Origin: Candidatus Saccharimonadota bacterium
Lineage (GTDB): Bacteria; Patescibacteriota; Saccharimonadia; Saccharimonadales; Saccharimonadaceae
DNA: 64,000 bases
Assembly (NCBI GenBank): GCA_030445245.1
Contig: JAUCSD010000001.1
Span: 500,671 to 564,670, forward strand
Direction of reading: 5' to 3'
The notes below the pieces were generated by a model. The model did no database searches. It saw only the letters and a program-made list of their open reading frames with translations, and had not been told where the DNA came from. This document shows positions 63,620 to 64,000 of this stretch, one piece after another. Each line of letters begins with the position of its first letter. Position 1 is the stretch's first letter. A program made the position numbers and the translations under genes.

Positions 63620-63750
63620 TGAATCTGCTATCGATTATTAATAGTATTCGCATCAAGCGTTTATCACATCACCAGGCTTCGACCACCGACATCCCTGAAG
63701 AAACACAAGAGAAGATCCGGTCGTTTCGACAGAAGCACTTCACTGAGTAG
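63619..63750 (+). CDS. conserved 43-aa microprotein (copy 2), below the ORF-track cutoff
   Basis: MNLLSIINSIRIKRLSHHQASTTDIPEETQEKIRSFRQKHFTE. Its ATG overlaps the DUF3892 stop (GTGATG). Confidence 0.65.
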   Translation: MNLLSIINSIRIKRLSHHQASTTDIPEETQEKIRSFRQKHFTE

Positions 63751-63810
63751 CATCGGTCATTTTCGGCGCTTATCACGAATAGTAATGTGGATTGACCCTT
63801 GCAAGATATA

Positions 63811-64000
63811 ATGGAATATATGGATATATCACCTAAAGACTTTTTGAGACAACGAAGACCTAAGAAGTTTTCTGATTCTAAAAAAGTTGAGAAGCCGGCA
63901 ATATCAAGTCCAATACTTGAGTCTCACCTACTTACTCTAACTAAACGCAATGAGCATGATTTATTTGAGGAATTTGCTCGGAGACTATGTGAAGTTGAGA
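63811..64000 (+). CDS. 5' part of an ORF running off the window end
   Basis: MEYMDISPKDFLRQRRPKKFSDSKKVEKPAISSPILESHLLTLTKRNEHDLFEEFARRLCEVE.... Open to the window edge; function not assignable. Confidence 0.35.
   Translation, partial: MEYMDISPKDFLRQRRPKKFSDSKKVEKPAISSPILESHLLTLTKRNEHDLFEEFARRLCEVE

Noticed and set aside
1-64000. CRISPR arrays, rRNA genes, intact tRNA genes, IS elements with terminal inverted repeats
   Set aside because: No regularly spaced direct repeats, no rRNA-like conserved stretches and no transposase-like ORFs were seen on reading both strands. The only tRNA-like sequences are degenerate (53842-54010, 59446-59468).

Overview
64-kb bacterial chromosomal window using the standard genetic code: TGA acts as a stop inside several ATGA start/stop overlaps. 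G+C looks moderate by eye, and no statistics were computed. Genes are short and densely packed, and many are single-pass membrane or secreted proteins. Surface features are of the Gram-positive type (an LPXTG-anchored protein and a type IV pilin). Biosynthetic content is very low, which is reminiscent of a reduced Saccharibacteria/CPR-like genome, but that is inference only. Recognisable core genes are rmuC, hisS, two VIT1/CCC1 transporters, an MFS transporter, a GDPD, HAD/NUDIX/VOC/GNAT hydrolase-type genes, an ABC-2 exporter operon, a UbiA prenyltransferase and a TMEM175-like channel. No rRNA gene, CRISPR array or intact tRNA gene was seen.

The right-hand two thirds (about 27.6-64 kb) looks accessory. 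Observations most worth follow-up:
1. An MvdC/MvdD-type ATP-grasp ligase sits directly behind an 86-aa precursor-like ORF, a candidate graspetide RiPP locus.
2. Two diverged LexA-like (HTH + S24 peptidase) modules lie 34 kb apart. Each is divergently paired with an unannotated 43-codon ORF whose two copies differ mostly by synonymous changes.
3. An AT-rich plasmid-like insert carries a coupling-protein-like ATPase, a replication-relaxation protein and an orphan EgtD-like methyltransferase.
4. A processive GT2 synthase is translationally coupled to a membrane-anchored GH18 with two CBM5/12 domains.
5. A small-gene island holds a zeta-toxin-like kinase operon, a single-HKD PLD nuclease and XRE regulators.
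6. A tRNA-like gene has its anticodon arm replaced by a 4-bp stem with a GAAA loop.
7. Several short, visibly G+C-rich patches each carry a tiny ORF.
8. Several decayed genes are present: a serine-recombinase remnant and frameshifted NUDIX and G5-domain genes.

All family assignments come from motif recognition by eye and memory, not from searches.
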